A DNA stretch of 64,000 nucleotides from Gammaproteobacteria bacterium (GTDB taxonomy: Bacteria; Pseudomonadota; Gammaproteobacteria; JACCYU01), in contig JACCZW010000085.1 in assembly GCA_013695765.1 (NCBI GenBank), positions 935 to 64,934 of the forward strand, written 5' to 3'. The notes under the pieces are model-generated. The model had not been told where the DNA came from. It saw nothing but the letters and a program-made list of their open reading frames with translations, and did no database searches. Numbering within the stretch: position 1 is the first letter of the stretch; each line of letters opens with the position of its first letter. The position numbers were made by a program, and so were the translations under genes. Positions 63,430 through 64,000 of the stretch are shown here, piece by piece.

Positions 63430-64000
63430 TTAACTCCTGAGTTCGCTTTTGCGCGCGACCGCACTCGATCCACTGTTCTTCCTTGTCGCGGATTTGGATT
63501 TCGTGGACTTTTTCGCTTTCGATTTCTTGGCCTTGGTTTTAGCCCTGATCGTCCTGGTCGACGAGGCGTGTGCCGCGCTCTCGGACGCCAAACCAGCATC
63601 CGCCTTGCGGGCCGCGCCGTTGGTGCGCGCCAGCGCCTCATCCATCCCCCTGTGCCTGAGCGATTCGATCTCCGCGCGCAACTGCCTGGTTTCACGCCTC
63701 ACTTCCTGCAAGCGCTGGTGCAGGGTATCGATCTCACGGCGCGTCGGCATGTTAATGGCGTCCAGTGACTGGTCGAGCATCATGGCGCCATGCCGTTTGA
63801 AGGCCATCAGGCTGTTCACCAGACGGCCATATATCGCGCCGTATTTTTCCGTATTGACGTACTCGCCATATGCCTCCTCGCAGCTATCCACCCACAGATC
63901 GTACATATCACGCAACGATGATATGGGCCGGTTGTCGGTCACACGCTGTTCGACCAGCCGTCGCAGCGCCTCGACACTTTTAACGCCGATCTCGCCAAAA
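63430..64000 (-). CDS. phaE: class III PHA synthase subunit PhaE (partial; 5' end outside the window)
   Basis: The reading frame is open to the window edge, with no stop upstream of the first listed start. The C-terminal region has the coiled segment IDTLHQRLQEVRRETRQLRAEIESLR and a Lys-rich tail. It is tightly coupled to phaC. Confidence 0.7.
   Translation of the reverse strand, partial: FGEIGVKSVEALRRLVEQRVTDNRPISSLRDMYDLWVDSCEEAYGEYVNTEKYGAIYGRLVNSLMAFKRHGAMMLDQSLDAINMPTRREIDTLHQRLQEVRRETRQLRAEIESLRHRGMDEALARTNGAARKADAGLASESAAHASSTRTIRAKTKAKKSKAKKSTKSKSATRKNSGSSAVARKSELRS

Overview
GC-rich chromosomal segment that looks gammaproteobacterial. This is inferred from gene content and synteny, and no search was run. 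Most of the window is conserved housekeeping synteny.

Main blocks:
- Minus strand, 6.5-19.5 kb: lpxA-fabZ-lpxD-skp-bamA-rseP-dxr-cdsA-uppS-frr-pyrH-tsf-rpsB.
- Plus strand, 19.8-26.7 kb: map-glnD-dapC-dapD-dapE.
- Minus strand, 30.1-42.3 kb: a PolB-like exonuclease gene, cysM, pdxJ-recO-era-rnc-DUF4845-lepB-lepA, then mucD-mucB-mucA-rpoE(algU).
- 42.5-57.7 kb: nadB, a rhodanese, orn, an M48 protease, a small cytochrome c, hinT, an isocitrate dehydrogenase carrying a C-terminal CBS pair, recR-ybaB-dnaX, 4.5S/SRP RNA, tRNA-Ser(GGA), a DUF1820 gene, cbiX and ppsA/ppsR.
- Minus strand, 57.7-64 kb: a co-oriented block icd-aceA-aceB-phaC-phaE (class III PHA synthase; phaE runs off the window).
- Left 6.5 kb: more accessory in character (patatin-like lipase, phasin, small conserved protein, tandem Usp, frameshifted kinase/ATPase).

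Most interesting observations:
1. A roughly 3.3 kb lower-GC island sits between dapE and the exonuclease gene. It carries a two-gene cassette (GIY-YIG-like 171-aa protein plus DUF3800 247-aa protein), a decayed IS481-like transposase stub, a ParE-type toxin-antitoxin pair and a DUF4188 gene. The cassette is my best candidate for an undescribed nuclease-based defence or addiction module.
2. An IDH-CBS fusion, with a second IDH paralog located beside the glyoxylate-shunt and PHA synthase genes.
3. Two apparent single-G frameshifts, one in the kinase/ATPase gene and one in the second PDZ domain of mucD/degP.
4. A 25-nt duplicate of the tRNA-Ser 5' end next to two perfect hairpins.

All family assignments come from motif recognition by eye and none was confirmed by a database search.
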